DNA of 64,000 bases from Octopus bimaculoides (GCF_001194135.2 NC_068986.1:110806184-110870183), one strand, 5' to 3'; positions 1 through 11,556 are shown, counted from the stretch's first letter. The notes: generated by a model not told the origin, from the sequence alone. Translations and numbers: made by a program.

Positions 1-72
<72 letters not shown>
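1..72. repeat. (TA)n then (TG)n microsatellite
   Basis: Direct reading of the sequence. Confidence 0.95.
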
Positions 73-74
<2 letters not shown>

Positions 75-428
75 CCAATAATTACTGATAGGAATACACA
101 GGCTCGTACATACGTATACGGATGATTATTATTTTTGTTATCGTCTATTTATTATTTCATTGTGCATGCGGTGGGGGACGGTTTTACAGAGATTTATATC
201 GTTATTATCTTGGTAGAGAAAAATTATGTTCTTCAAGTCAGTATTGACTTTATCATATTCACGTGTGTTATATAGCCGCAGCAACCTAATTTAAACATCC
301 CATCATAAAACTTATCAGCTCTTTGCTAGTGTGTGTATAGGTACGTACTTTGGCTTATGTGTATGAATTAATGTATGAATTTATAAATACATAAGCACAC
401 AAACTCCTGTTCACACACACGCACACAT

Positions 429-480
<52 letters not shown>

Positions 481-759
481 GTGTATTTGTGTGTGTATTG
501 TTTGATGTGTTTATACGCATGCGTGTGTACGTATACATTTACCTATGTATATGATTATATTACACATGCGCACACAATCATGGATACTTACGTACATAGA
601 AACATACGTACATAAACATTTATGTTAATCTCTGTATATTCGTCTCGTATCTGCAGAATGGTAATTGGCGAAATTGAATTTCAGACAACCTGACCGCCAT
701 CTTGATAAGTTGTTATCGGTCACAAATTACCGTTCGTTTCGAAATATATCCCACAATGC

Positions 760-1440
760 AATTCTTTCCCATCAGCATTCTATACTAATTTATATCAGCG
801 GTGGTATTGGATAATTTTAATGATATAAAGCGTAGCCATGGTATTTTTAGAGCTTTGCAGCCCATTACGTGCTCGTGGTTTGATAGCTTTGCTGAAGTAA
901 TTTTGGATCGTTAAATTCTATTTTGGTCTTTAGGACTCTATTTGTTAAATCTGATTTAGCTTGAACGGAGAAATACAAACTGTTAACAGTTTCTCTTCTT
1001 TTTCTAAAATTTTGGGATCCAGATATTATATAAAATATTTTATTCTGGTTGTTGTTACTTAGCGCACTTATGTATACACCTCATTCTAACTGTAGTCATA
1101 TCAACCCTATTTTCAGGCGTAGCATTTTAGAACTACATTTGTGAAGGTAACTTTCCATTTTTAGGTGATATAGTGTAAACAGATGAGTTGTATTTGGAGG
1201 ATAAGTTTGCAATTTCTAATAGGTCCCATAACCATACATAATATTTTCGCTAATGTTGGGTGAACAGTAATGAAGTACATTTTGGAACTAAAAGTTCCAG
1301 TTGCGTTAATCATTTTAACAGACATTGCATTTCATGGAATACATTATTTGCCATCTTCTCTTTTTGTTGGGAAATATGTTTCAGGGAGTTTCGGCAGTTA
1401 TCTCTAGACAGCCATTCGACTGAATTTTGGATAGTGTATC
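760..1440 (-). mobile_element. Possible highly decayed Penelope-like RT relic
   Basis: Minus-strand fragments in mixed frames, in the expected order: NNVFH (~1348-1334), HPTLAKI (~1262-1240, cf. SPTLANIF), KNGKLP (~1162-1145, cf. ENGKLPFLD). No YVDD seen and the spacing implies a deletion. Confidence 0.3.
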
Positions 1441-1468
1441 TTTGAATGAAGGGCATGCATATTATTAT

Positions 1469-1935
1469 TATTGAGTGAGAGAGCAGTACCTGCCATCAAA
1501 GTGTCTCTGGGGTACAAATATACGAAGCCCAATATACCCATCATGACTACCCGTCTGATAATTGTACAACAGACACATGCATCACAAACAAATGTGCAGG
1601 ACATGGAGACTATTATCAAAATAAACCCACAGAACTAGCAGGTGTGGCCCAGTTATAAATTTGTTCAGGTTGAGTAGCCCATCCCGTTCAAAAGGTAATT
1701 GAATAAGGGTTGTTTAAGGATGCTGAACGAAGCACTCATCTTTCCAGATGTGAATTCATCAAACCCTAGAGAATTCCTCTCAACACGTTGCTGTGATACT
1801 CTTCCACTCCTCCTCCTCATCATCATCAGAGATGCGCATATTGTCAGCCAGTAAGGGACATGCTAAACTGGTTAAGGTGAGGCAACTGACAAGCATGTCT
1901 GTGGTATTCAGAATATTTGCTGTAGCCTATTTCTT
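1469..1935 (-). mobile_element. Unclassified non-coding dispersed repeat ending in a (TAA)n tail, copy 1
   Basis: Aligns by eye with 3836-4100 (shared gagagagcagt..catcaaa, acaaatatacgaagccc, tgaataagggttgtttaa). Both copies abut (ATT)n at the same end. Confidence 0.7.
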
Positions 1936-2010
1936 TAAGTCAGTGGTATAGAATAATTGATGTGGCACATTCCTTTATTATTAATATTATTATTATTATT
2001 ATTATTATTT

Positions 2011-2338
2011 TTATTCAGTAGTTTTATTTTTATAACGTGCTTTCACTTCGCTACCGAGCGTAGCTCTGTGTGCCTTGGACGTGTGCTGCGATTTGTTGTG
2101 ATGCTTTTATAGTTACCGTATTGAAAGTGTTTTTCGTAGGATGTGTGCATTGTGCCCAGTAGTGCAATTTTCTGTATGTTGTGTATATTTGTAAGTCCTG
2201 GTGTTTTTGCTATGCATTTGTCTGAATAGTTTTTATTATACCTAATGCGCCTATTGTAATAGGAATTGTTTCTCTTTTTAGATTCCACATTCGAGGTACC
2301 TCTATTTCCAGGTCTTTGTATTTTGAAAGCTTCTCCAT
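2011..2338 (-). mobile_element. R4/Dong-like RLE non-LTR retrotransposon, 3' end (family A)
   Basis: Minus strand gives EKLSKYKDLEIEV.RMWNLK and KTPGLTNIHNIQKIALLGT (RLE C-terminus), then a 3' UTR running into (TAA)n at ~1985-2010. The same UTR recurs at 40645-40775. Confidence 0.85.
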
Positions 2339-2352
2339 TATTATTATTATTT

Positions 2353-3502
2353 ATTGTCTTTGCACAGCTTCCAACGCTGGAGATGTACTACATTGTCAGC
2401 TGTTCACTACCAGCGTACTAATGTAGCACCTTCCCGAGTATTCGAGCGGTTCCAAGCAGTACTGTTTTCTGCAAGTACTACACCCTTATTGCAGCCCCTA
2501 TTTGTTCCACGTACTTCTCGAGATTTTTGCTCACTGTTCACAGGGCCCCGACAATTAGTGGTAGTACTGCCACCTTTTTCATCGACCACAACTGCTTAAC
2601 TTCCCAAGCTAACCTGTCATATCTCTCGACTTTTCTGTCTTCCTTATCTCGTACCAAGTTGTCAGCTGGGTATGCTATATCTATGATCCGGCATAATTTG
2701 TTTTCTTTCTCATTGAATACTATGTCCAGCTTCCTATTCTCAATCTAATGGTGGCACTGAATCATAAAGTCCCATAGGATATTTGCATTTCTATTTTCGA
2801 CAATGCCTTCAGCTTTGTGGTCGTCGGGCCGTCTCTTATATACCTTCTGGGCTTATGGCGTACATTGGCTGATAATATGCCATACGGTTTCACCGTTTTG
2901 TCCACAGATTCTGTACTTATCACTTTCTGATATGCTGTCTATTGTGTATTTTATGTAGTTTTTTCTTAGTGCTTGCTCTTGGGAAGCACAGATTAGAGCC
3001 TCCGTTTCCGGCTTTAAATCACTTTTAGTCATCCACAGCCATCCTTTTTCTCTGTCTGTCTTATCTTCAACATCCCTATGAGATTGGCCATGCATTCTTT
3101 TCTTTACCCACCTATTTTCAGTTTCATTCGTTTTCAATTTCTTGTATAGTGCTTTATCTTTGCAATCTTTTATCCTACACAGACCTGATCTTACTTCTAA
3201 TAATAACGGTTCTGTGGCATTTTTTACATACCATGCTATGTTGTTTTCATCTGCACAAATGCTGTGTTCGCATCCAATAAGTCCTCTTCCCCCTCTTTTT
3301 CTTGGTACATACAGTCTGTCTGTGTCACTTTGTGGGTAGAGTGGCCCATATCTTGTTAGCAACTTTCTTGTCTTTCTGTATAAGCTATTTAGTTCGTCTA
3401 CTGTCCATGCGATTACCCCTGCTCCATATCTAAGGAGAGAAACCGCCCAGGTGTTGATCGCCTCGATCTTATACCGTCCGATTAATTTCGACTTAAGGAT
3501 CA
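2353..3502 (-). mobile_element. R4/Dong-like RLE non-LTR retrotransposon, 5'-truncated (family B)
   Basis: ORF 2853-3503 carries AINTWAVSLLRYGAG, RLYVPRKRGGRGL, LKPETEALICASQEQAL and a knuckle remnant RICGQNGETVWHIISQC. An RLE region and 3' UTR follow, ending in (TAA)n. Short internal deletion near 2820. Confidence 0.9.
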
Positions 3503-3516
3503 ATTATTATTATTAT

Positions 3517-3822
3517 CTTGGAACAGCTTCTAAAGCTGGAGTTGTACTACGGTGCCAGCTGTTCATTACAAGTGAACTAATGTAACACCCCCTATTTTTC
3601 GAGTACCATCCGGAGTATTCGAGCGGTTCCAAGCAGTGCTGTTTTATGCAAGTACTCCACCCTTATTGCAGCCCCTATTTGTTCCATGTACTTCTCAAGA
3701 TCTTTACTCACTGTTCTCAGGGCTTCGACAATTATTGGTAATACTGCCACATTTTTCAGCGACCACAACTGCTTAACTTCCCAAGCTAACCTGTTATATC
3801 TATCGACTTTTATTTCTTCCTT
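3517..3822 (-). mobile_element. R4/Dong-like family B 3' end, second copy
   Basis: Paralogous to 2353-2640 (gagtattcgagcggttccaagcagt, cccttattgcagcccctatttgttcca, gaccacaactgcttaacttcccaagctaacctg), with (ATT)n on both sides. Confidence 0.88.
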
Positions 3823-3835
3823 TTATTATTATTTT

Positions 3836-4100
3836 ATTTGAGAGAGTAGTGCATGCTATCAAATTGACACTGGGGCAAAATATACGACGCCCATTTTAGC
3901 CATAGTAACAAACAGTCTGATAAGGGTACACCAGGCAAATGCATCACAAATATATGTGCTCGACATGGAGATATCATATCAAAATAAACTGCGCATGACC
4001 TTGTAGGTGAGGCCTAGTTAGCATTTATTTCAGGTCGAGTAACGTCCCTGAATAAGGGTTGTTTAATTATGTTGATCTAATCACCTATGTTTCCACAATG
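3836..4100 (-). mobile_element. Unclassified TAA-tailed repeat, copy 2 (partial)
   Basis: Similar to 1469-1750. Confidence 0.7.
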
Positions 4101-4104
4101 GCTC

Positions 4105-4900
4105 TTTCTGTCAGTCTACTTTCCTCCCTTTCTTTTCAACCAGTTCATCTACTAAAATTGATGCAGATCTGATCAATCCCTTCTTTCAGTTATATCTTTT
4201 ATCAAAATATATTCCAAATTTTCATCAACTTTTTGGGTCGAACGTTTCACGGTTTTACGGTCGAAGTTTCTTAAATTTTTCGGCTTGGTCTCTTTTCTTG
4301 GAATAACTATATCCTAGAGTCTTATCCTGAGGTTTCTCTGTTCCTCAATCTCATCTCCTCTTATTTCAGGGTTTTATACATTATATTGATTGTCCGGCTT
4401 CTCCACCAATACAACTTCACCTTCGCTACACATACACTGATCTTCACTTGCGTTAATCTCCTGGAGTTTCTCATCTCTACACAGGCTTTTCCTGATTGCC
4501 TGCATCTGAGCCTCATTAAGAAAACCTCTATTCCGAATTTTTTTTTTATCTCATTGATGAGCTCATCTTCAGTAATGTGTAACAGACCCAGCTAATTCCA
4601 AAGTTCTAATGATTTTTTCCGACAGCTTTACATTTACCATTATTTTTGTCTAGTAAGGCTTGTTCATGGCACTGGATCACCTTTTGGTTCATATCAACAG
4701 ACCACTTGCGATTGCGAGTACGTTGCATAATTTGTCCAGTACAAGGACTATGTCTTGTACTATGGTCAGCAGTTGTTGGATTACGACCGGACCCACCCGA
4801 GTGCGGTACCTTCACCATTGGTTCTAGTCCTGTTCACACCGTTATCGTCAATTACTTTTCATGACATTTTCACTCAAAAAGTGGTGTTATTAGGTTACTA
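4105..4900 (-). mobile_element. R4/Dong-like element, N-terminal ORF region (decayed)
   Basis: Minus-strand RTRNRKWSVDMNQKVIQC, ITEDELINEI..RNRGFL and PKNLRNFDRKTVKRSTQKVDENLEYI resemble the N-terminal region of R4/Dong ORFs. Confidence 0.6.
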
Positions 4901-4929
4901 CCAACTGGTATTCTGTCTCCCTTCTCAGA

Positions 4930-5070
4930 CTACATCCTACACAGTGGCGAGTCAGTGCTTTTATCAATATTATATTTGGAGTAGTTTGTTTTGAGAGCTT
5001 TTTCTTGAGTGCTGCATACTGATGCGTCACTGGGCTCTTTTAAATCTCCTTTCTGAAGCCAATTATTATT
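4930..5070 (-). mobile_element. R4/Dong-like fragment (pre-zinc-knuckle region)
   Basis: WLQKGDLKEPSDASVCSTQEKALKTNYSKYNIDKSTDSPLCRM parallels the motif in 2853-3503. Confidence 0.75.
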
Positions 5071-6241
5071 ACTATTTTTAGTATTATTATTCTTATTACT
5101 ATTATTATCATTATCGTAAACTTCTGGTGTAAAAAGATAATATTTCGCAATTAAATGAAGTTGCTTTTGGCTTGTCTGGTAGATTTGGGGTCTAATCTGT
5201 CCAGATGCTTTTGGAATGTTATGGGTCATTATCTACAATGTTTTACGAGAATAATTACACCAGTTGCGCTTTAAAGATGTCATATTATTCTCATGTGATG
5301 TGAACTTGATTTTTGTGGGGTGCATATTGCAAGCTGTTTTTCCGTGGGTAATTTGTGAACTTCTTCTCAGTACATTCTGCACACTGCTGCTGGAATATTT
5401 GTCACAACTTCTGTGCCGAATAGGTTGTTCGTAGAATTTCATTCACAATTTTTAACCAGGAAACTTGTTCCTATGTATTAAGGAAGAACTGTGCTTATAG
5501 CTATTTCAAAATATATCATTGTCTACTCCACTGTGGTTCTTGAAATCTTTTAATATGTATTATCTCTTGTATTTAACTGAATTAGAGGAAAGCGATTGTA
5601 AGTGTCTGAGTGAAGTAAACATGCTTGGCTCAAATGTAAATCTGTGAAATGGAAAATGTATATACCACGTCATCCAGTGAAGTGTTTTGTTGCTGGATGA
5701 TGGCTGACGCGTACACAAATATTACTTCCTGTCATTAGTTTAGAGAACATTGCCGGCACTCATTCTAAATATTACACAATAATATGAGCATCCCGGTGGA
5801 GTGTCTTACTCTTTAATACTACAGCTCTGCCAATGCTGTAAATAGCAATTTGTATGTTTTAATTAGGAAGTATTGGACATTAATACTCTGGAAATAATTC
5901 AAAGATCAAACTGCCAATGATCAGTCACAGATCACAGTCAACCTTTCAATATATTTATACATTAGTAATATGTTTTTCATTAAGCTTCGCATATTAGACA
6001 ATGATTTTAGATACTAGAAAATGGGTGACAAGAGATGAGGAGAGCACCGTATACAGTGTCAGAGGAATCATGTGGTAAGCTGCGTCAGGAAAAAAGTCCA
6101 AAACCCTTCCTGGCAATAAGATAAGATTGTGTACCATTTGAAGATAGGAATGTTGAATTTTGGGGGAGATTCTAACTCATCGTACACATTATTTACAGTA
6201 TTTACATTCGATGGATATTTGTCCTCATCTTGTTTGTTGTT

Positions 6242-6287
6242 AACACAAAGTTTCGGCTGATATACTCTCCCGCCTTCTTCGGGTGTC
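6242..6287 (-). ncRNA. Mirror hammerhead-like motif (more decayed)
   Basis: gacac-CCGAAGA-a-ggcgg(gagagtatat)cagcc-GAAA-ct-T-T-gtgtt: one stem II mismatch, and the stem III palindrome is broken. Confidence 0.45.
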
Positions 6288-6614
6288 TTGGGGAAATTTC
6301 GAACCTGGGTTCTCATTCCTAAGGAATTTTTTGATGTTGTTGTTATTATTATTATTATTATTATTGTTATTATCATCATTATTGTTCAGGTCACTGCTTG
6401 GAATCGAACTCGGAATCTTGGGGTTAATAGCACGCATTCTTAACCAATACGCTATATGCCCACCGGCATATTGTGTAGTGGTTAAGAGCGCGGGCTACTA
6501 ACACAAGATTCCTAGTTCGACTCCAAGCAGTGACCTTAACAATAATAATAATAATAATAAAAACAATCGAAACATACCTTAGGAATAAGAACCCAGGTTC
6601 GAAATTTCCCCAAT

Positions 6615-6658
6615 ACACCCGATGAAGGCTGGAGAGTATATCAGCCGAAACGTTGTGT
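6615..6658 (+). ncRNA. Minimal type I hammerhead ribozyme-like motif (Penelope type)
   Basis: acac-CCGATGA-a-ggctg(gagagtatat)cagcc-GAAA-cg-T-T-gtgt: 4-bp stem I, perfect 5-bp stem II, palindromic ACGT stem III. The core has a U4C change and a UU cleavage site. Confidence 0.6.
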
Positions 6659-8519
6659 TACCAACAAACAAGATGAGGACAAATATCCGTCGAATGTAAA
6701 TAATATACATAACGTACATAATTCCTCATCTCTTAATTATAGAACTGTATCATGATACACAGTCTTGTTTTCTCTTAGAGATTTTATGGAATTCTTCGTC
6801 CCTGAATCAGAATATTCCGTGATTATTACTATAAGGTATTTTACAGGTAATGATATATATCACGAAAAGATGATTGCATCTGAAGACTATTTAAATCTAT
6901 GATATTGAAGGCATGTCAGAATTAAAGAAATATAACAGCATATTGCAAAAGAATATTGTGAGTTTTAGGACAAATTTAGGTCGAAAATATATTCTCCGTC
7001 AACAGCTATTTATATGAATTGGAATAATGAATAAGAGTTTTATGATAGATTTACTTCAGGTAAATTGAAAGAATTAAAATGATTAGATAAAATCTAATTC
7101 ACATTGTTCGATTCTTGATATTATACACGTGGGACTCGGAAAATATTTGGAAACTAGGGAAAAGAAATCGTTTTACAGTTTAATTTAATGGTAGATATAT
7201 CGATAACATGCATTGCAACAAATGTGAAATGTAAAATAAGATAAAACGCCAAAGAAAAATCATTAAATATATTAAAACTAGGTTATTGAAATGACCTAAA
7301 TTAATGTTCGCTCAATATATATTAAAACCAAGATGGATATACATACATACATTCATATATATATATAAATCAGAATTCTAAGAGGCATCTATTGGAATGT
7401 TCAATGCAGATTTCTCATCAGTGAATAGTTTCAATCTCTATTGGGAATTTTGCCCTAATCTCTGCTTTCTACGCTGTTAGTTTTGAATTCTCGTTCAATT
7501 GGTCACATGCATCACTTCATTTGCGCACAGCATCCTCTCACAAGAAATTAATTAACATAGGATTCTAATAGGTAAACTATTCATTTGGGAATTCTCAATC
7601 TTGAATTATTGGTCATTGAAGCAAAATGTTGAAAATTGAACAGAATTCTTCTAGGATAGCGTCCTCTCAGTATTTATTGATCCTTTAAGAAAGAAGTAAA
7701 TTCTAAGTACGGAATATTTGATATCACCAATATTGGATGCCACTCAGAAAATGTGATACAAATAAAAGACGGATCTTTAGAATCTCATAACTTTCGGCAT
7801 AAGGGTACATCAGGTGATGTTTCAGTATAGTCTGTTGGCTGAAGAAACGCCAATTGAATCGAGGACTATGAGTAATTACATCACATTCGATTTTATAGCT
7901 AATTTAGCAACTAATGTGCGCTTGCCGCCATCTATATTAATCTTTTGTGCTAGATTTGAATAGTTTTGTATATGATTACAACACATCTGGTCTCTACACA
8001 CATAGTCAACTCCTGCTGTTGTCATTGCCGTAGCCAATACAGAGATGGCTTTTAACAATTTCCGTTGTCCATATCTTCACTAGATTAATAAAGCACCAGA
8101 CATTGAGTGTGTGAGTGTGCGTGTTTCATGTGTGTTTTTATGTGTGTGTGTTTGTACATGTATGTCTGCCAGTCTCTCTCTTTCTCTCCCTCCCTCCCCC
8201 CTCTCTCTCTCTCTTAGCGTATGCAACAATACATAAATTATGCGACCATTTATTACTTGCATTGCTGGTCGTTGTCGTTCTCATTATTGTTGTTTTGTTG
8301 TTTCTGCTGCCGATGCTTGTTGTTCACCTGCAGGCTCAGCACTGAGTGTCTTGAAACGCTACGAAACGGGCTCCAGAAATGGTTAACCCACGTTTATTTT
8401 TCTCTCTCAGTCATATTATTATTGTCTCTGTCCATCAGAGTTTTGAGCCCTATATTAGGAGAACTTGGTTGCTGAAGTGATAGATTATAAGAAACAAACA
8501 GTTTAGTATTAGTTTCGAG

Positions 8520-8799
8520 CAGTGGTTCTTAACTGGGGCCACATGACACTTGGGTGTGTGTGTCTATATAAGATTTTCTGGTTAAAATATTTTTGTTCTT
8601 AAAATCTCTGCGAAATGAATCGCGTATACTCGATATACTTGTAAAATACACAAAATGTTTAAAGATTGTTTTCTATATAAATCTTAAAACTATTTATTTA
8701 TAAAAATACAATAGGATTCTTTAAACATGGCAATGGGGTCGGCTGGAGTAAAATAGGAATAGAAGGGAAGCATGGGGGAAAATTGGTTGAAAACCATTG
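8520..8799. mobile_element. hAT (Charlie-like) MITE
   Basis: TIRs CAGTGGTTCTTAAC (8520-8533) and GTTGAAAACCATTG (8786-8799), 11/14 matching. No convincing TSD. Confidence 0.55.
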
Positions 8800-9083
8800 C
8801 TTCACAACATTGCAAAACCAAAAACGAAAAATATATTTATTTGGTCTAATCTTCTGTTGTTGCGTAGCTCCCAATGAAGGCTTATCAAACACAACCCCTG
8901 AATAAAGAGCTTTACAAAAATTCAAGAAAGTCTCATCACATTTTCTTTTGAAAGCCCCTTTGGCCTATGCTCGGTCCTGGTTTTTCTTGCATATCCGCTA
9001 AAATAATACACCACTCTAAGGCGATACCAATTCTAGCTATGCAAATGGGAACATCCACGTATTTTCTATATTATTGAATACTA

Positions 9084-9845
9084 TTGTGTTGGCAACTAAG
9101 TTCCCGCCGTTTTAAAAAATTTTAATTTTTTAAAAGGTTTAATAAAAAATAACAACTAATTAATCAATAATGTATTCACTCTTGTTGTTTACAACTTATT
9201 CCCAATGTTCAGTAACATTTTCAACACCTAGTTGGTAGAAATAACTCTATTTCGACTCGTAAAATTGATCCAACCAAGCTCCCAATTCTGCATCAGTATT
9301 GAACGAAACTCCGCGCATATCATTTGAAAGAGGTGGAAATCCTTTGGTGCCAAATCAGGAGAGTACGGAGGGTGTGGCAGCATATCGCAGCCATTCGTTT
9401 GAATGGCTGCCTTGATAATATTGCCGATATGAGGGATGGCGTTGTGCAGCAGAAGAACTCCATGCTGCCGATTAGGTGCGACGAGTTGGGTCTTTGAGGC
9501 CAAAGTTTTCATTTTTGAACTAGACATACCAATCATGAGCGGTTCTTTCAGCTGTGGTACCCTCTCCTTACACAGCACAAATGTCGCGAGCAGCTTTGCA
9601 GCTTTAGAACCTTGAATAAAAGCCAAAAGGAGGTGTCGAAAATGTTCGTTTTCTTAACTTCACATTACATTTTAATGATCTGAAAATAAACAAAAATTAA
9701 ATAAAATTAGCTTGAAAAAAAAAAAAAGATTGCAAATTGATTCAAAAATAGAATTATCGAAAAAAAAAATAGATTCCAAAATTTAAAAACGCAATAAATT
9801 CGAAAATTAAAAAAAAAAACGGTGGGAACTTAGTTTGGTACCAAA
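9084..9845 (-). mobile_element. Internally deleted mariner transposon
   Basis: TA on both sides and TIR core aactaagttccc(g/a)ccgtttt. ORF 9228-9626 fuses an N-terminal HTH-like region (RHLLL/AFIQGSKAAK) to GVLLLHNAIPH and HPPYSPDLAPKDFHLF. Confidence 0.92.
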
Positions 9846-9954
9846 TAAAAGACGCTATTTACATCACAATGACAATGTCAAAGGGAAATCTGTTTTTCCT
9901 CATTTCAATGTTAAACATTTTTTAAACGGAGCAGTTTTTATAATATAACTTCTG

Positions 9955-10910
9955 CAATGGGTGTGAAAGATGATCTCTATAACTGGTTGAAGTGCTTCAT
10001 TCTCCATCGAAACGCGGTAGTCAGGGATCTAGGATATGATTTTCACACTATGAGATGACACCTGGTGCACCACAGGAATCCGTTCTTGGACCCCTGTGGT
10101 TTGTTGTATCCATTAACGACATAGATGCCAAGTTGAAGAACGTTAGAGTTCAAATATGCAGATAACATCAAGTTGTACCTTGAGTTATAAAGGTACAACT
10201 ATACACTAAAGTTCTTTCTTGCAATCAGATCTGGACACAATGCAGCAATGGATTACCGACTGGTAACTGTAGCTGGCTTTGGGAAAGTACGTCTCAGCTA
10301 TTATATACTCCCTCAACACAGGGTCTTAATAAAACTATTAGTGAATGTAACCTGGTTATTATTGCCAACAGCGATCTGCGTTGGACAAACCACATCTTTA
10401 AGATGGTCAAAAAGGCCGACGGTGCCTTAACAACGCCCAGTAAGACTGTTGTCAGCCGCTCTCCAACTATCTATTAAAAAAAGTATATGATTCTATTCCA
10501 TCTACACTTAGAATTTGCATCATCCATCTGCAACCCCCATCCCGCTCAACATATCAGTCTCCTGGGATCTGTTCAATAATATGCAACTAAACGTATCCAC
10601 GCCGCCAGGTATATATCATACACTGAACATCTTGCTCCTCTGAGCTTGGACATCTGGCAAGTGACTTTGTAGACACCCACAAGATTATCCACCATTTAAA
10701 AAAAATAATAACCTTGTGCACCTTTTTGAAATCCACGTGTCAAATACTCGTGGACATGCTTACAAAAGAAATATAATAACACAACAACACACAGAATTGA
10801 TGAAGCATGGAATAAGTTACCTCCATTCGTTGTTAGATGTAGGGACACTACATCCTTTAAAACTTCCATGATTCCGGCAATTCGCCAACAGTACACCTGA
10901 CGCCCTGCAC
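9955..10910 (+). mobile_element. CR1-clade LINE, decayed RT and 3' region
   Basis: GAPQESVLGPLWFVVSINDI, YADNIKLY, LQSDLDTMQQW and LHLEFASSICNP in mixed frames. Confidence 0.8.
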
Positions 10911-10975
10911 ACCCGCTTCGTCTTCCTTTTCTTAGAGACTTTTCCACTGTTCATTTCCTGTGCATATTCATTATG

Positions 10976-11201
10976 TCTTTATTGCTCACAAGGGGCTAAA
11001 CACAGAGGGGACAAACAGCAGCAGACAATCGGATTAAATCGATGTAATCGACCGCAGTGCGTAACTGGTAGTTAATTTATCGACCCCGAACGAATGAAAG
11101 GCAAAGTCAACCTCGGCGGAATTTAAACTCAGAACGTAGCAGCAGACGAAATACCACTAAGCATTTCGCCCGGCGTACTAACGTTTCTGCCAGCTCGCTG
11201 T
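10976..11201 (-). mobile_element. tRNA-derived SINE (family M), full length, with probable TSD
   Basis: Reverse complement of 11313-11543. The 12-mer ctgtgcatattc flanks both sides (10958-10969, 11202-11213). Confidence 0.88.
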
Positions 11202-11312
11202 CTGTGCATATTCTATGTACTGTTCATTCGATTTTGGTTACGTTCTTCGGATGAGGTGTAGTGCGCCTGATCACTGTATACAATACATTCATTATTACTT
11301 CTATTACGTCAA

Positions 11313-11543
11313 GGCGTCGAGCTGGCAGAAACGTTAGCACGCCGGAAGAAATGCTTAACGGTATTTCGTCAGCCACTGCGTTCTGAGTTCAAATTCCGCC
11401 GTGGTCGACTTTGCCTTCCATCCTTTCGGGGTCGATAAATTAAGTACCAGTTACGTACTGGGGTCGATATAATCGACTTAATCTGTTTGTCTGTCCTTGT
11501 TTGTCCCCTCTGTTTGTAGCCCCTTGTGGGCAGTAAAGAAATA
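11313..11543 (+). mobile_element. tRNA-derived SINE (family M), full length
   Basis: Head ggcg.cgagctggcagaaacgttag, B-box-like gagttcaaattcc, and a central block gtcgactttgcc.tccatcctttcggggtcgataaattaagtaccag. From memory this block resembles the MetaSINE/Sauria-type domain. Confidence 0.88.
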
Positions 11544-11556
11544 CGTATTTAGTTTA

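Larger units (their letters stand above)
6183..6725. mobile_element. Foldback element: two head-to-head tRNA-headed units, each with (AAT)n and a hammerhead-like motif
   Basis: Arms ~6183-6460 and 6465-~6725 are reverse complements around a 4-nt centre (tatgcc-cacc-ggcata). Each arm has an A-box-like (tagcgtattgg / tgtgtagtgg) and a B-box-like (agttcgattcc / agttcgactcc) sequence. Confidence 0.88.

Noticed and set aside
5110-5990. Possible LINE endonuclease relic on the minus strand
   Set aside because: Protein-like composition, but I could not identify a diagnostic motif.
6465-6535. Functional tRNA gene
   Set aside because: It has A/B-box-like sequences but no proper acceptor stem or cloverleaf, and is part of a repeat unit. 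The same holds for the other SINE heads.
7370-8030. Possible RTE RT relic
   Set aside because: Only faint, frame-scattered resemblance; not supportable.
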